Assembly (NCBI GenBank): GCA_005882635.1
Contig: VBFG01000040.1
Span: forward strand, 32,249-96,248
DNA from: Chloroflexota bacterium
GTDB taxonomy: Bacteria > Chloroflexota > Limnocylindria > Limnocylindrales > CSP1-4
DNA length: 64,000 nt
Reading direction: 5' to 3'
Positions 44,997 to 54,895 of this stretch are shown one piece after another. Each line of letters opens with the position of its first letter. Positions within the stretch are counted from its first letter, which is position 1. The translations under genes were made by a program, and so were the position numbers. The notes under the pieces are model-generated. The model ran no database searches, had not been told where the DNA came from, and worked only from the letters and a program-made list of their open reading frames with translations.

Positions 44997-46211
44997 GTGA
45001 GCCGCGTTGCCGTCGCCGGGCTCGCCGTGCTGGCGATCCTGGCGGGCCTGGCCTTCGGGATGTTCACCGCGGTTCTCGGTGCGCCGACCGGATCGCACGC
45101 GGCCGGCTCGGGCCACGTCGCGGGATCCGGCAGCACGCCGCCCTCGGTCGCTCCGAACGAGGCGTCCGCGACACCCGCCGCCAGCCCACCGCCGTCCGCC
45201 TCCGGGCCGGCTGCGACGCCGACCCCTGTCCCGACGCCGTCACCCATCTCGCTCGTCCCGGCGCCGCTGACCGGTCGCCTCGTGACGCCTGAGGCGGCCA
45301 TCCGACACCCGATCGCGGTGATGATCGACGACCTGTCGCCGGCGCGCCCGCAATCCGGCTTCAGCGCGGCGTCGATCGTCTGGCAGGCGCCGGCCGAGGG
45401 CGGGATCCCGCGCTACATGATGGTGTTCCAGGAGAACATCCCGACCGACGTCGGGCCGGTCCGAAGCTCGCGCTACTACTACATCGCCTGGGCCGCCGAG
45501 CTCCGCGCGGTCTACGCCCACGCGGGTGGCTCGCCGCAGGCGCTCGCGACGCTTCGCAACCAGGGCAACGGCCAGCTCGTGTTCAATGCCGACGAGTTCC
45601 GCTGGGGCGGCTCGTTCCACCGGATCTCGACCCGGTTCGCCCCCCACAACCTGTACACGACCGGGAAGGAGCTCAGGGCGCTCGTCAGGGCCACGGGCGC
45701 GGCCGACGGCACGATCAAGTGGCCGTGGAAGTTCGGCCCGGACGCGCCGATGGCCCAGCGGCCGGCCGGTGGCCGGATCGAAGTGTCGTACCTGGCCAAC
45801 GCCATCCGCTACGACTACGACCGGATCACCAACACGTATCTGCGCTCGGTGACGACCGAGAAGAAGCAGATCGACGCCGCGACGAAGCAGCTGGTGGCCC
45901 CGAAGAACGTGATCGTCATGCTCATGCAGTTCGGGCCGCTCGACGACGGATCGCACAAGCACCGCCTGGAAGCCAACGTCATCGGGTCGGGGCGGGCGTG
46001 GATCTCGACGAACGGGATCACGATCAAGGGAACCTGGAAGAAGACGGCGCTCACCTCGCCGACGCGCTTCTTCGACAGCAAGGGCAAGCCAGTGGTCCTG
46101 ACGGTCGGCCAGACCTTCGTGCAGGTGATGAAGACGACCGACGTCGTGAAGTTCGTCGCCGGCAAGCCGGTCCTTCCGATGGACGGGTGGCCCGGCGTGA
46201 GGCCGATCTAG
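44997..46211 (+). CDS. DUF3048 domain-containing secreted/lipoprotein-like protein
   Basis: PLTGRLV...HPIAVMIDDLSPARPQSGFSAASIVWQAPAEGGIPRYMMVFQ. The GTG start at 44997 gives a TM/signal segment VAVAGLAVLAILAGLAFG. Confidence 0.75.
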   Translation: MSRVAVAGLAVLAILAGLAFGMFTAVLGAPTGSHAAGSGHVAGSGSTPPSVAPNEASATPAASPPPSASGPAATPTPVPTPSPISLVPAPLTGRLVTPEAAIRHPIAVMIDDLSPARPQSGFSAASIVWQAPAEGGIPRYMMVFQENIPTDVGPVRSSRYYYIAWAAELRAVYAHAGGSPQALATLRNQGNGQLVFNADEFRWGGSFHRISTRFAPHNLYTTGKELRALVRATGAADGTIKWPWKFGPDAPMAQRPAGGRIEVSYLANAIRYDYDRITNTYLRSVTTEKKQIDAATKQLVAPKNVIVMLMQFGPLDDGSHKHRLEANVIGSGRAWISTNGITIKGTWKKTALTSPTRFFDSKGKPVVLTVGQTFVQVMKTTDVVKFVAGKPVLPMDGWPGVRPI

Positions 46212-46217
46212 CCCCAC

Positions 46218-47576
46218 TCAGTCGCGCCGAGCGGCCACCGCGGCGTAGATCCGGCGGGTGTCGAGCGCGACGTCCGCCCAGGTCCGATTGTTGCCCTCGG
46301 CCCGATCGCGGGCGAGCCGCGCGAGTCGATCGTGGACCCGATCGTCCGCCCAGGCCGTCGCCAGCGCCGACGCCAGGCGGTCCGGGTCGCGCGGGGCGAC
46401 GAGGATGCCGGCCGCGCCGACGACCTCCGGCAAGGCACCGACCGCGGATGCGACCACCGGGGTTCCGCAGCTGAGGGCCTCCAGCGCCGGCAGGCCGGTC
46501 GCATCCGAGACCGCCGGCAGGATCGCCGCGCGGGCGCCGCGGACGAGCGCGGCGGTTCGATCGTCGGTCAGCCGCGGCGCGTAGGCGAGCGCCTCGCCGA
46601 CGTCGACCCGGGCGGCGGCGCGGGCCAGGGACGCGCGATCCTCCGGGGACGACCCGATCAGGAGGACCCGCGGCGGCCACGGGGCCGCCTCGTGCAGGTC
46701 CGCCGGTCGACCGGCCCCGCCGAGGAGGTGGAGCGCCCGGAGGAGGGTCGCGAGATCCTGCCGCGCGTCGTAGCGGCCCGCGTAGACGAGGTATCGCTCG
46801 GGCAGCCCCAGCCGGTCGCGCTCGACCCGGACGTCGACGGCCGGTCCGCGGGTGCGAGGCGGGCCGACACCGGGTGCGCCGGCGGCGTCCCCATCCGCGG
46901 CCGGCGCCGCCTCGGGCCCGAACCGGAACGCCGGCCTTGGGGCATACGGCACGACGTGGACGCGATCGCGGTGGAGGTGGAGCAACCGCCGCGCGGCCGC
47001 CGCGACGGCCTCGGTCCCGACGATGACCGCCGCCGCGTCCCGCAGGAGCCGGCCGCGGAGCCGCTGCCCGAACCGCGCCGCCGGCGTCCGCTGGTACGCC
47101 CGCGGCAGCTCCCACGGCGCGAGGTCGAGCAGGGTCACGACCAGCGGCAGGCCGGTCGCCAGCGGCATCGAGCCGCTCGCCGCGTGGTAGACGGCGCCGG
47201 CCGCTCCACCGGCTTCCGCCCGCCAGGCCGCACCGAGGCTCGCCCCGCTCAGCACGAACGGGTCGACCGACAGCGCAGCCGAGCGGAGGAGGTGCGTCGG
47301 CGGGAGCAGGCGACGGCCGACGACCTCGAGGTGGCCGAACGCCGTCGTCGGGTCGTCGAGGTCCGACCGCAGCAGCAGGGCGAACGACTCCCCGATCAGA
47401 GGCGCGGCGTCGAACGCGCCGAGGAGGCCACCGAGGTACGCCGCCGTCAGCGGCGAGCGGTCGGGCTCCTGGAGCGGGCGTGCGTCGAGCACGACCCGGA
47501 CGCCCGGTGGCTGGTCGGACGCCGCAAGCGGCGGAGCGTTGGGCGTTCCGGCGAGCGGCGTCGCCGGCGAGCTCAC
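46218..47576 (-). CDS. Glycosyltransferase family 4
   Basis: RYLVYAGRYDARQDLATLLRAL...SDATGLPALEALSCGTPVVASAVGALPEVV. Confidence 0.75.
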   Translation of the reverse strand: MSSPATPLAGTPNAPPLAASDQPPGVRVVLDARPLQEPDRSPLTAAYLGGLLGAFDAAPLIGESFALLLRSDLDDPTTAFGHLEVVGRRLLPPTHLLRSAALSVDPFVLSGASLGAAWRAEAGGAAGAVYHAASGSMPLATGLPLVVTLLDLAPWELPRAYQRTPAARFGQRLRGRLLRDAAAVIVGTEAVAAAARRLLHLHRDRVHVVPYAPRPAFRFGPEAAPAADGDAAGAPGVGPPRTRGPAVDVRVERDRLGLPERYLVYAGRYDARQDLATLLRALHLLGGAGRPADLHEAAPWPPRVLLIGSSPEDRASLARAAARVDVGEALAYAPRLTDDRTAALVRGARAAILPAVSDATGLPALEALSCGTPVVASAVGALPEVVGAAGILVAPRDPDRLASALATAWADDRVHDRLARLARDRAEGNNRTWADVALDTRRIYAAVAARRD

Positions 47577-48439
47577 CGCGGCTCGGACCCCGGGGCAGGC
47601 GCCGCGTCGATCGGCCGGTCGGGCTCGGCGGCGGCCACGACTGGGCCTCGCCGCCGTCGCAGGCGCGACCAGAGCTCCTCGGCGCGCAGCTGGACGACCA
47701 CGATCAGCGCCTCGACGACGATCCGCCGGCTCATCTTCGACTGGCCGACGCGCCGGTCACGGAACGCGATCGGGACCTCGCTGACACGGGCGCCGCGGCG
47801 CGAGGCCCGGAACGTCATCTCGATCTGGAAGACATAGCCGCCGGCGTGGATCCCGGCGAACGGGATCGCCGCCAGCGTCGGCGCGCGCCACGCCTTGAAC
47901 CCGCCCGTGAGATCGTGCGGCCCGAGTCCGAGGATGAGCCTGGCGAAGAGGCTCCCGCCACGCGAGATCAGCTGCCGGCCGAAGCCCCAGTCCACGACGG
48001 CGCCACCCGGGACATAGCGCGATCCGATGACCAGGTCGGCCCGATCCGCCTGGATCGGCGCGATCAGCGCCGGCAGCGCGGCAGGATCGTGCGACCAGTC
48101 GGCGTCCATCTGGACCACGACCGTCGCCCCACCCGCGGCAGCCACGCCGAACCCGTCGAGGTAGGCCCGACCGAGGCCCTCCTTCGCCCGTCGATGGCGG
48201 ACGCGGATCCGCGGGTCGGACGCGGCAAGCTCGTCGGCGAGGCGGCCCGTCCCGTCAGGCGAGTCGTCGTCGACGACGAGGACCGTCGCCTCCGGCAGCG
48301 CAAGGAGGATGGCCGCCGAGATCGGACCGAGATTGTCGGCCTCGTTGTAGGTCGGGACGACGACCCAGACGCTGCCGGTGGAGCCGGAGGCGGTGCGTGG
48401 CGACGACGGCGGCTCGGGGTCCTCGACGGGCGGCGTCAT
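47573..48439 (-). CDS. Polyprenol-phosphate mannosyltransferase-like GT2 (Ppm1/DPM1-like)
   Basis: VVVPTYNEADNL...VVDDDSPDGTG...VVQMDADWSHDP...GSRY..GG...GGFKAW. ATGA overlap with the downstream GT4. Confidence 0.8.
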   Translation of the reverse strand: MTPPVEDPEPPSSPRTASGSTGSVWVVVPTYNEADNLGPISAAILLALPEATVLVVDDDSPDGTGRLADELAASDPRIRVRHRRAKEGLGRAYLDGFGVAAAGGATVVVQMDADWSHDPAALPALIAPIQADRADLVIGSRYVPGGAVVDWGFGRQLISRGGSLFARLILGLGPHDLTGGFKAWRAPTLAAIPFAGIHAGGYVFQIEMTFRASRRGARVSEVPIAFRDRRVGQSKMSRRIVVEALIVVVQLRAEELWSRLRRRRGPVVAAAEPDRPIDAAPAPGSEPR

Positions 48440-48478
48440 CGTCGGGTCAGTGTAGTCGCGGCCGGCGACGCGACGGCT

Positions 48479-51400
48479 TCATCGGATCGTCACCGTCCGC
48501 GTCGTCGTGTTGACGCCACCGCTCGTGTCGCGACCGGCGATGCCGATCGTCGCCGAGCCGGCCGATCCGGACGCCACGACGAAGGTCACCCGGTAACGGC
48601 CCGACCCGAGCGAGGTCGCCGCCTTGCGGACGCCCGCCCGGCTCGGCTGGGTGAAGGTGACGTTGGGGGCGTACCGCAGCGGCTCGACGGTGCTGAACGT
48701 GACCGTCAGCGTCTGCCCTGCCCGCAGCGACGTGGCAGATAGCGATACGTTGAAGGCGTCGGCCAGGATCGATCGCGTCAGGACGGTCGTCCCCAGCGAC
48801 GTCGTGGCCGACACCCGCACGACGTACAGCCCGCGCGGCACGAATGCTCCCGCGCCGTTCCTGCCGTCCCAGGTCCAGGCGTGCGTCCCCGCGCCCAGGC
48901 TGGCGTTCGACCAGATCGACCGGATGAGGGTCGAGCCCGAATAGATGCCGGCCGCGAGGACCGCGGTCCGCGACAGGCGGACGGACATCGTCGAGCGCGC
49001 CGCGAGCGCGTCACCGTCCTGCGGGAAGAACGGCGACGTACCCCAGCGCAGGGTGGACAGGGTGCGGTCGACGACGATCGTCGCGGCGGCGGCGGACGGG
49101 TTGCCGGCCGCGTCGCGACCGCTCACCCGAACGGTGTAGGTGCCGTCGGCGACGGCCGCTCCGGTCGCGCTCGTCCCGTTCCAGGTCACGGCGCCGGAGG
49201 CGAGCCCAGTGATCGACCAGGAGCGGACCAGCGTCGAGCCGCGGTAGACGCGGAGCGACCCGCCGATCGCCTCGGTCGACGTCCAGGCAAGACGGGCGGT
49301 GTCGAACGCGCCGTCACCGTTCGGCGAGAACGACGCAGACGGCGTCGATCGGAGGGTCGGCGGCGTCCGGTCGACCCGGACCGTCCACGTCCGCACGGTG
49401 CGATTGCCGGCTGGGTCCGACAGGACGAGCTGGAGGCGGTACACCCCGTCGGGAACGACGCTCCCGGCGCCGTTCCTGCCATCCCAGGTGATCGCGACCG
49501 ACGCGCCGTTTCCGGACCGGACCAGCACCGCCGAGCCGACGGTCGAGCCCGAGACCGGCGCGACCCCGAAGGCCCAGCCCGTCGCGCCGGAGCCGGCGAT
49601 CGACGCCCGGACCGTTTCGAGGATCCCGTCGCCGTTGGGCGAGATCAGCGAGCCGGTGATCGATGCGGAGGACACGACCGGGGCGACCGTGTCGATCGTG
49701 ACGCCGTACAGCGCCATCGCATTGGTTCGCCAGGTCCAGATCGGGTTGTAGTAGCGGGCAGAGCCGGCCGTCCCGACCAGGCCCACGACGTAGCGGCCGT
49801 TCGGGAGATGGGTCGACCCGACCGTCCCGTTCCAGGTCGCGGTCCGGTCGCCGGCGGCCAGCGCCGCCAGGGGGAGGTCGCCGAGAACGACCCCATCGGA
49901 GCGGAAGACGCGCATGACCAGGCTGTCGAGAGCAACGCCGTTCGTCCAGGCGAGGGCCAGCCCGTCGCGCGAGCCGTCGCCGTTCGGCGAGAAGGACCGC
50001 GCCCCGATCGCCGCCGAGGTCGTCCCGATGCTGGCCGGACCGGCCTTGCCAAAGGCGAGGTCGCCGAGCATCGCCCGGACCGTCGTGGCGTTCGGCGGCT
50101 TGGCCGGTGAGAGATAGGTGTCGGTCGACAAGGCGCCCGCGATCCACCGCCCGGTGTACGTCGTCCGGACGGCGCCCCACTCGGTCAGCGGCCCGCTGAC
50201 CTGGTACCACGTGTACCCATCGGCCGATCGCGGGCCGCCGACGACCGCCACGACGTCGCCGCTCGACAGCGTCCCGAGCTTCGTGGCGGTGGTGTCGGCG
50301 CCGGTACGGACGGACAGGCCGTCGACGCGCACCAGGCCGAAGCTGCCGGCCGCGAGCGACGCGGCGCCGACCGCGGTGCTCGTGACGTTCCAGGGGCTCA
50401 GGTTGCCGCGGTGATCGCGGGCTCGAACGCGGAAGGAGTAACCGTGATTGTCGTCGCCGTCGTACACGGCCCGGGTCGCCGTCGTCGCGCTCAGCCAGCT
50501 GAGCCAGGCGCCGCCGTCCGTCGCTGCCTGGACGTCGTAGCTGACGATCCCGACGTCGTCCCAGCCGCTCCAGCTGACCCAGAACTCGGGGTTGGTCTGG
50601 CGAGCCGGGAGCGTCGTGATCCCGACCTTGGGCGGCGTCGTGTCGGTGATGAACTTCCGCTGGATCGCGGCGTACAGGTCGGGCCGCGTCCCGTCGTAGC
50701 CGAGGGCCCAGATGCCGGCGCCGCGGAGCCCGTACGAGTTCACCAGGTCGTACTTCCGGCCGAGCGCCGTCGCGTCGTCGACGTAGATCTCTCGCCAGGC
50801 CGTCACGCAGCCGTATGTCGTCGTGCAGTTCTCGCGCTTGTAGGTCGTCCAGGCAACCTCTTCGAGCGGGTCGTAGCGGCGGCCGTACTGGGCGAGATAG
50901 TCGGCCGCGGTGTCGTAGACGACCGTCGTCGACGCGCCGTACTGGGTCCCGCTGATGTTCGGGGCGTTGAGCGCGTTGCCGCTCGTCGACCAGGCCCGGC
51001 CGTAGTACGGGACGCCGAGGATCAGCTTCGACGGCGCGACCCGCGCGGTATAGGCCCGCACGGTGTCGACGATGTCGTAGCCCGATTTCTCGTACGGCGC
51101 GACGGAGCCGACCGGGCTCGACGAGGCGCCTCGGTAGTCGTACCCCATGATGAAGATCGCGTCCGCCCCGCCCGACGCGGTCGCGTCCTCGATCGGGTAG
51201 TTGCCGATCGAGCCGGTCGTGTCGAAGGTGATCTGGTAGCCCGAGTGGATCCTGTTCAGCTCCGCCCGGATCGTCCGCACGAGCGCCGTGAACTGGGTGT
51301 CGTAGCCGGTGGCGAGCGGCTCGAAGTCGAGGTTGACCCCGTCCACGCCGCGGTCGCGGACCGCGGTCGCGATCTGCCGAGCGAGGTTGAGCCGCGCCGT

Positions 51401-52180
51401 CGACGACCCGACGAGGCTCTTCTGACGCGTCTGGCCCGACGTGTTCCAGGCGAAGCTCTGGACGGTGAGGACGACGCGGGTGTGGTTCGTGTGGGCGGCC
51501 GAGATGATGGTGCTCAACCGGGAGCTGGTCCAACCGCTCCAGCCGACCGACGTCGACCCGTCGGGGTTCCGTTTCTGGAGGTTGCCGGCGGCGTCGGCAC
51601 CGACGCCGAAGTAGGCGATCGTCGAGATCTTCGCGTAGTCCAGCCGGAGGCTGCTCGAGTTCACCTCCCAGTACGGCAGGAAGCCGAAGATCTCGCGGCG
51701 GAGCCCGTTCAGCGAGATCGCCGCCTGCGGGGTGACCGATCCCGCCGTCGCGCTACCCGGCGACCCCGAGAACGTCGTATCCGTCGCGGCCGCCGTCGGC
51801 GCCGTCTCCGTCGGCGTGTCGACCGTCGGCGAGGTCACGACGGTCGAGTGGGTCGCCTGGCCCCGGATGGCCGTGCCGTCGAGACGGCCCGCCGGCAGGC
51901 TCGTGGGCGCTCCACCGCCGACCGTCCAGCGATCGCCCGATCGCGGGCTGAACCCGACCGTGACACGATCGCCCGGAGCGAACGCGATCCGGTCATGCTC
52001 GTGGGCGACCGCTTCCTCGTACTGGACCGACGGCTGCAGCCCGGCGGTCGGATCGTCGGCGGGCGCCGCGGTCGGCAGGGCGACGGCGGGCGACGGCAGG
52101 GAAGCGCCGATCAGGATCGTGAAGGCGACGGCGGCCGGTCGTCCGGGATGGCTGGCAGGACGACGGAATCCGAATCGCAC
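48479..52180 (-). CDS. Large secreted multidomain protein: GH18 chitinase-like domain, FN3-like, SH3b-like, four FSPNGDG (FlgD-Ig-like) modules and a terminal Ig-like domain
   Basis: Signal-like N-terminus. GH18 catalytic motif GVDGVNLDFE and LGVPYYGRAW. FSPNGDGSRDG, ISPNGDGILET, FSPNGDGAFDT, FFPQDGDALAA. Confidence 0.8.
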   Translation of the reverse strand: MRFGFRRPASHPGRPAAVAFTILIGASLPSPAVALPTAAPADDPTAGLQPSVQYEEAVAHEHDRIAFAPGDRVTVGFSPRSGDRWTVGGGAPTSLPAGRLDGTAIRGQATHSTVVTSPTVDTPTETAPTAAATDTTFSGSPGSATAGSVTPQAAISLNGLRREIFGFLPYWEVNSSSLRLDYAKISTIAYFGVGADAAGNLQKRNPDGSTSVGWSGWTSSRLSTIISAAHTNHTRVVLTVQSFAWNTSGQTRQKSLVGSSTARLNLARQIATAVRDRGVDGVNLDFEPLATGYDTQFTALVRTIRAELNRIHSGYQITFDTTGSIGNYPIEDATASGGADAIFIMGYDYRGASSSPVGSVAPYEKSGYDIVDTVRAYTARVAPSKLILGVPYYGRAWSTSGNALNAPNISGTQYGASTTVVYDTAADYLAQYGRRYDPLEEVAWTTYKRENCTTTYGCVTAWREIYVDDATALGRKYDLVNSYGLRGAGIWALGYDGTRPDLYAAIQRKFITDTTPPKVGITTLPARQTNPEFWVSWSGWDDVGIVSYDVQAATDGGAWLSWLSATTATRAVYDGDDNHGYSFRVRARDHRGNLSPWNVTSTAVGAASLAAGSFGLVRVDGLSVRTGADTTATKLGTLSSGDVVAVVGGPRSADGYTWYQVSGPLTEWGAVRTTYTGRWIAGALSTDTYLSPAKPPNATTVRAMLGDLAFGKAGPASIGTTSAAIGARSFSPNGDGSRDGLALAWTNGVALDSLVMRVFRSDGVVLGDLPLAALAAGDRTATWNGTVGSTHLPNGRYVVGLVGTAGSARYYNPIWTWRTNAMALYGVTIDTVAPVVSSASITGSLISPNGDGILETVRASIAGSGATGWAFGVAPVSGSTVGSAVLVRSGNGASVAITWDGRNGAGSVVPDGVYRLQLVLSDPAGNRTVRTWTVRVDRTPPTLRSTPSASFSPNGDGAFDTARLAWTSTEAIGGSLRVYRGSTLVRSWSITGLASGAVTWNGTSATGAAVADGTYTVRVSGRDAAGNPSAAAATIVVDRTLSTLRWGTSPFFPQDGDALAARSTMSVRLSRTAVLAAGIYSGSTLIRSIWSNASLGAGTHAWTWDGRNGAGAFVPRGLYVVRVSATTSLGTTVLTRSILADAFNVSLSATSLRAGQTLTVTFSTVEPLRYAPNVTFTQPSRAGVRKAATSLGSGRYRVTFVVASGSAGSATIGIAGRDTSGGVNTTTRTVTIR

Positions 52181-52364
52181 GACGACCCCTCTGTGCTCCT
52201 CCCGGCGCCGCGGGGGCGGGCCGCCGGCCGTCGGACTTCCACCCTCCGGGTGTCCGACGGGTCGGGATTCTAGGCGCGCTCCCTGGGCCCGGTCAGCCGC
52301 TCGATAGTCCTGTCGAGGTGCAGTACGGTGCGGTCTGCTGGGGTCCGGGGCCGTTCCCGGAGCC

Positions 52365-54653
52365 TCAGCCGAGGGGCAGCGTCTTCCAGGTTGCCTGCGA
52401 CCGACCGTCCGCGTCGCGGCCCCAGACCTTGAACTTTACGACTCCCGCGGCCCCGCCGGTCTTCAGTGTCACCGTCGCCCGGTAGGTGGTGCTGCTGACC
52501 TTGGTCATCGTGACCCCCCAGGTCGCGATTCCGGGCTCCGTGACGTACAGGCGGACGATGCCGGAGATGGCTTCCGCACTGACCGCGGTGATCGTGATCG
52601 ACGAGCCGCGCCTCGGGGTCGACGTCGACGCGGCGATCGCGAACGCGTTCATCTCGACCTTCACCGACGACGAGATCGTGTACGTCCCGTCGGTCGCGCT
52701 GACGGTGCCGCTGTAGATGCCGACCGGCAGGAACGACCCATCCCCCGCGCGTCCGTCGAAGACCCAGCTGTGGGCACCGGCCGCGAGCGGCACCGCGTCG
52801 AGGTGGGTCAGGACGACCTGTCCCACGGCATTCCGGATCGTCCACGTCACCGTTGCCGGCCGGCTGAGCTTGAACGACAGCGTGGTCGTCTTCGAGAAGC
52901 GGTCGCCGTCCTGCGGATAGAACGCCCTCGTCGAGTTCGTCAGGAAGCCCAGCAGGCCGACGACCAGGATCGGCCGGCTGGCGCCCGCCCCGGCGTTGCC
53001 GGCGAGGTCGCGCGGGACGACGGTCAGCGTGTAGGTACCGTCCGGAACGATCGTCCCGCCGTTACTCCTGCCGTCCCAGACGACCCCGTTCGCACCGGCG
53101 GCGGCCGTGACCGTGAGCGTCCGGACGGTCGCGTCCGCCCCGTCGGCGATCCGGACGACGAGGGTCCCCGGCTCGGTCGTCGTCGCGGAGGTCGTGATCG
53201 TGTCGGAGGCGCCGTCACCGTTCGGGGTGAACGTCGTCGAGGTCGACGGACTGACCGCCGTGATCGACGGCGGAGCCGTGTCGACCACGATCGAGCCCGT
53301 CGCGGTCGCGGTCCCGTTCTGCCAGCTGTCCACGCCGCGGAGCGTCCAGGTGTACGTCCCGTCTGCGACTGGGGTGCCCCCGACGAGGCCGTCCCACGTC
53401 GCGACGACATCGGCGCCGGAGCCGGTCTGCGAGCCGACAACCGAGCCGCCGGCGTCCTTGACCTCGAACGTCCAGCTGACCGACTCGGACACGAGGACCT
53501 CGACCGACTGAGTCTCGAAGCGCCCGTCGCCGTTGGGCGAGAAGCGGGCGGTCCCGGCGTCGATGCCGATGACGACGGGAGCCCGGCTGTCCTTCGGGAC
53601 CAGCCGGTCGGCCGCGACGTAGCCGTCGATCGACGGGTCGTCCAGGCCGGCGACGTGGATGATGGCCGGCGCGTCGGCCGTAGCCGGCGCCGCGACCGCG
53701 ATCGTCTTCAGGCGCGTCCCGGCCGGGAGGTCGACCGACGTCTCCCCCGCGGTGTCGGAGCCGGCCGCCGTCGCGAACATCGGCGCGGCCGGCGCTTCCG
53801 CTTCGGCCCGGCCGGGGACGACGAGCGTCGTCGGATCGGTGCCCGTGTTCCCCACGACGGCTGTCACCGCCGACGTCGTGATCGTCGGCTTGGTGACGAG
53901 CGAGCGATAGTAGCCGCCCGAGGTCATGTCGGGGTCGGAGTAGGCCGTGTAGCCGGGGCTCCGCGTCGACGAGAACCGCACTTCGTGGTTGTGGTAGTCC
54001 GGGACCGAGCGCCAGAGATCGACGACGGTCTGGCTGGTCGTGAACAGGCCGCGGATGTAGCTGACCAGGCCGCCGTGGCCGTCGGCGATGACGGCGCGGG
54101 CGCCGCCCTTCAGGAAGCCTGCCGCGTAGTTGTCGATCCGCTGATGAGCGACGGACAGCGACGGCGCGGTCCCGCCTGGCTCGGAGTTCCCGGAGGCGTA
54201 GCAGAGATTGCCGAGGAGGACGATCGCGTTGGGAGCGAGGCCGAGGGTCGAGACGGACGGCTCGCCGTAGTACTTGTGCACGTTGTCGGACAGGTTGTAC
54301 GGGTCGTTCAGCCCGAACCCGTCCTTCGTCGTGTAGTTCGGGTCATAGGTGTAGGGGCTCGGCCAGCCGTTGCCGTGACCGTAGTAGAGGACGATGTTCG
54401 CGCCGGCTGCGGCGGCCTTCACCTTCGACCAGGTCGCGTTCGGGCTGTAGACCTTGGTCACCCGCGACGTGTACTTGATCGCCTCCGCGTAGGCCTGGTC
54501 GGCGTACGACCGGTAGGTGCTGGTCGTGCCCTCGGTCGCTCCGACGATGATCACCACCTTGGCATTGCTGATCGGGACGGCCGCGGCCGCGGGGCCCGAG
54601 GCGCCGATGGCCGTCAGGAGGGCGAGGAGCGAAGCGGCGGCGAGACGTCGCAA
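52365..54653 (-). CDS. Secreted protein: unassigned alpha/beta N-terminal domain with His/Cys pair, three FSPNGDG (FlgD-Ig-like) modules and a terminal Ig-like domain
   Basis: TTG start with GGAG upstream. Signal peptide MRRLAAASLLALLTAIGASGPAAA. LYYGHGNGW...LLGNLCYASG. FSPNGDGRFET, FTPNGDGASDT, FYPQDGDRFSK. Confidence 0.7.
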   Translation of the reverse strand: MRRLAAASLLALLTAIGASGPAAAAVPISNAKVVIIVGATEGTTSTYRSYADQAYAEAIKYTSRVTKVYSPNATWSKVKAAAAGANIVLYYGHGNGWPSPYTYDPNYTTKDGFGLNDPYNLSDNVHKYYGEPSVSTLGLAPNAIVLLGNLCYASGNSEPGGTAPSLSVAHQRIDNYAAGFLKGGARAVIADGHGGLVSYIRGLFTTSQTVVDLWRSVPDYHNHEVRFSSTRSPGYTAYSDPDMTSGGYYRSLVTKPTITTSAVTAVVGNTGTDPTTLVVPGRAEAEAPAAPMFATAAGSDTAGETSVDLPAGTRLKTIAVAAPATADAPAIIHVAGLDDPSIDGYVAADRLVPKDSRAPVVIGIDAGTARFSPNGDGRFETQSVEVLVSESVSWTFEVKDAGGSVVGSQTGSGADVVATWDGLVGGTPVADGTYTWTLRGVDSWQNGTATATGSIVVDTAPPSITAVSPSTSTTFTPNGDGASDTITTSATTTEPGTLVVRIADGADATVRTLTVTAAAGANGVVWDGRSNGGTIVPDGTYTLTVVPRDLAGNAGAGASRPILVVGLLGFLTNSTRAFYPQDGDRFSKTTTLSFKLSRPATVTWTIRNAVGQVVLTHLDAVPLAAGAHSWVFDGRAGDGSFLPVGIYSGTVSATDGTYTISSSVKVEMNAFAIAASTSTPRRGSSITITAVSAEAISGIVRLYVTEPGIATWGVTMTKVSSTTYRATVTLKTGGAAGVVKFKVWGRDADGRSQATWKTLPLG

Positions 54654-54854
54654 TGAGGACTCCGGACGAAGACGCGGACCGGGGACGTGAGCGGTCCACG
54701 GGCCGGTGATGAATGCTTCCGAAGCCTGAGGTCACGCCTCGACGCGGCCAATCCCGGGATGGTCCCGACCGCGATGGCCCGTTCGGTCCGGGCCGGGGTA
54801 CGGAACCGGGCGGAGGAGTGGACTGCGGGTGGGGAGCGGGCCGCGTGGGGTGGT

Positions 54855-54872
54855 GCGCCGGCGCGCCGGCGC
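54855..54872 (-). terminator. Perfect 18-nt GC palindrome downstream of rmlC
   Basis: GCGCCGGCGCGCCGGCGC, 24 nt after the rmlC stop. No U-tract. Confidence 0.35.
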
Positions 54873-54895
54873 TGAGCCGAGGAGGCGCACGACGC

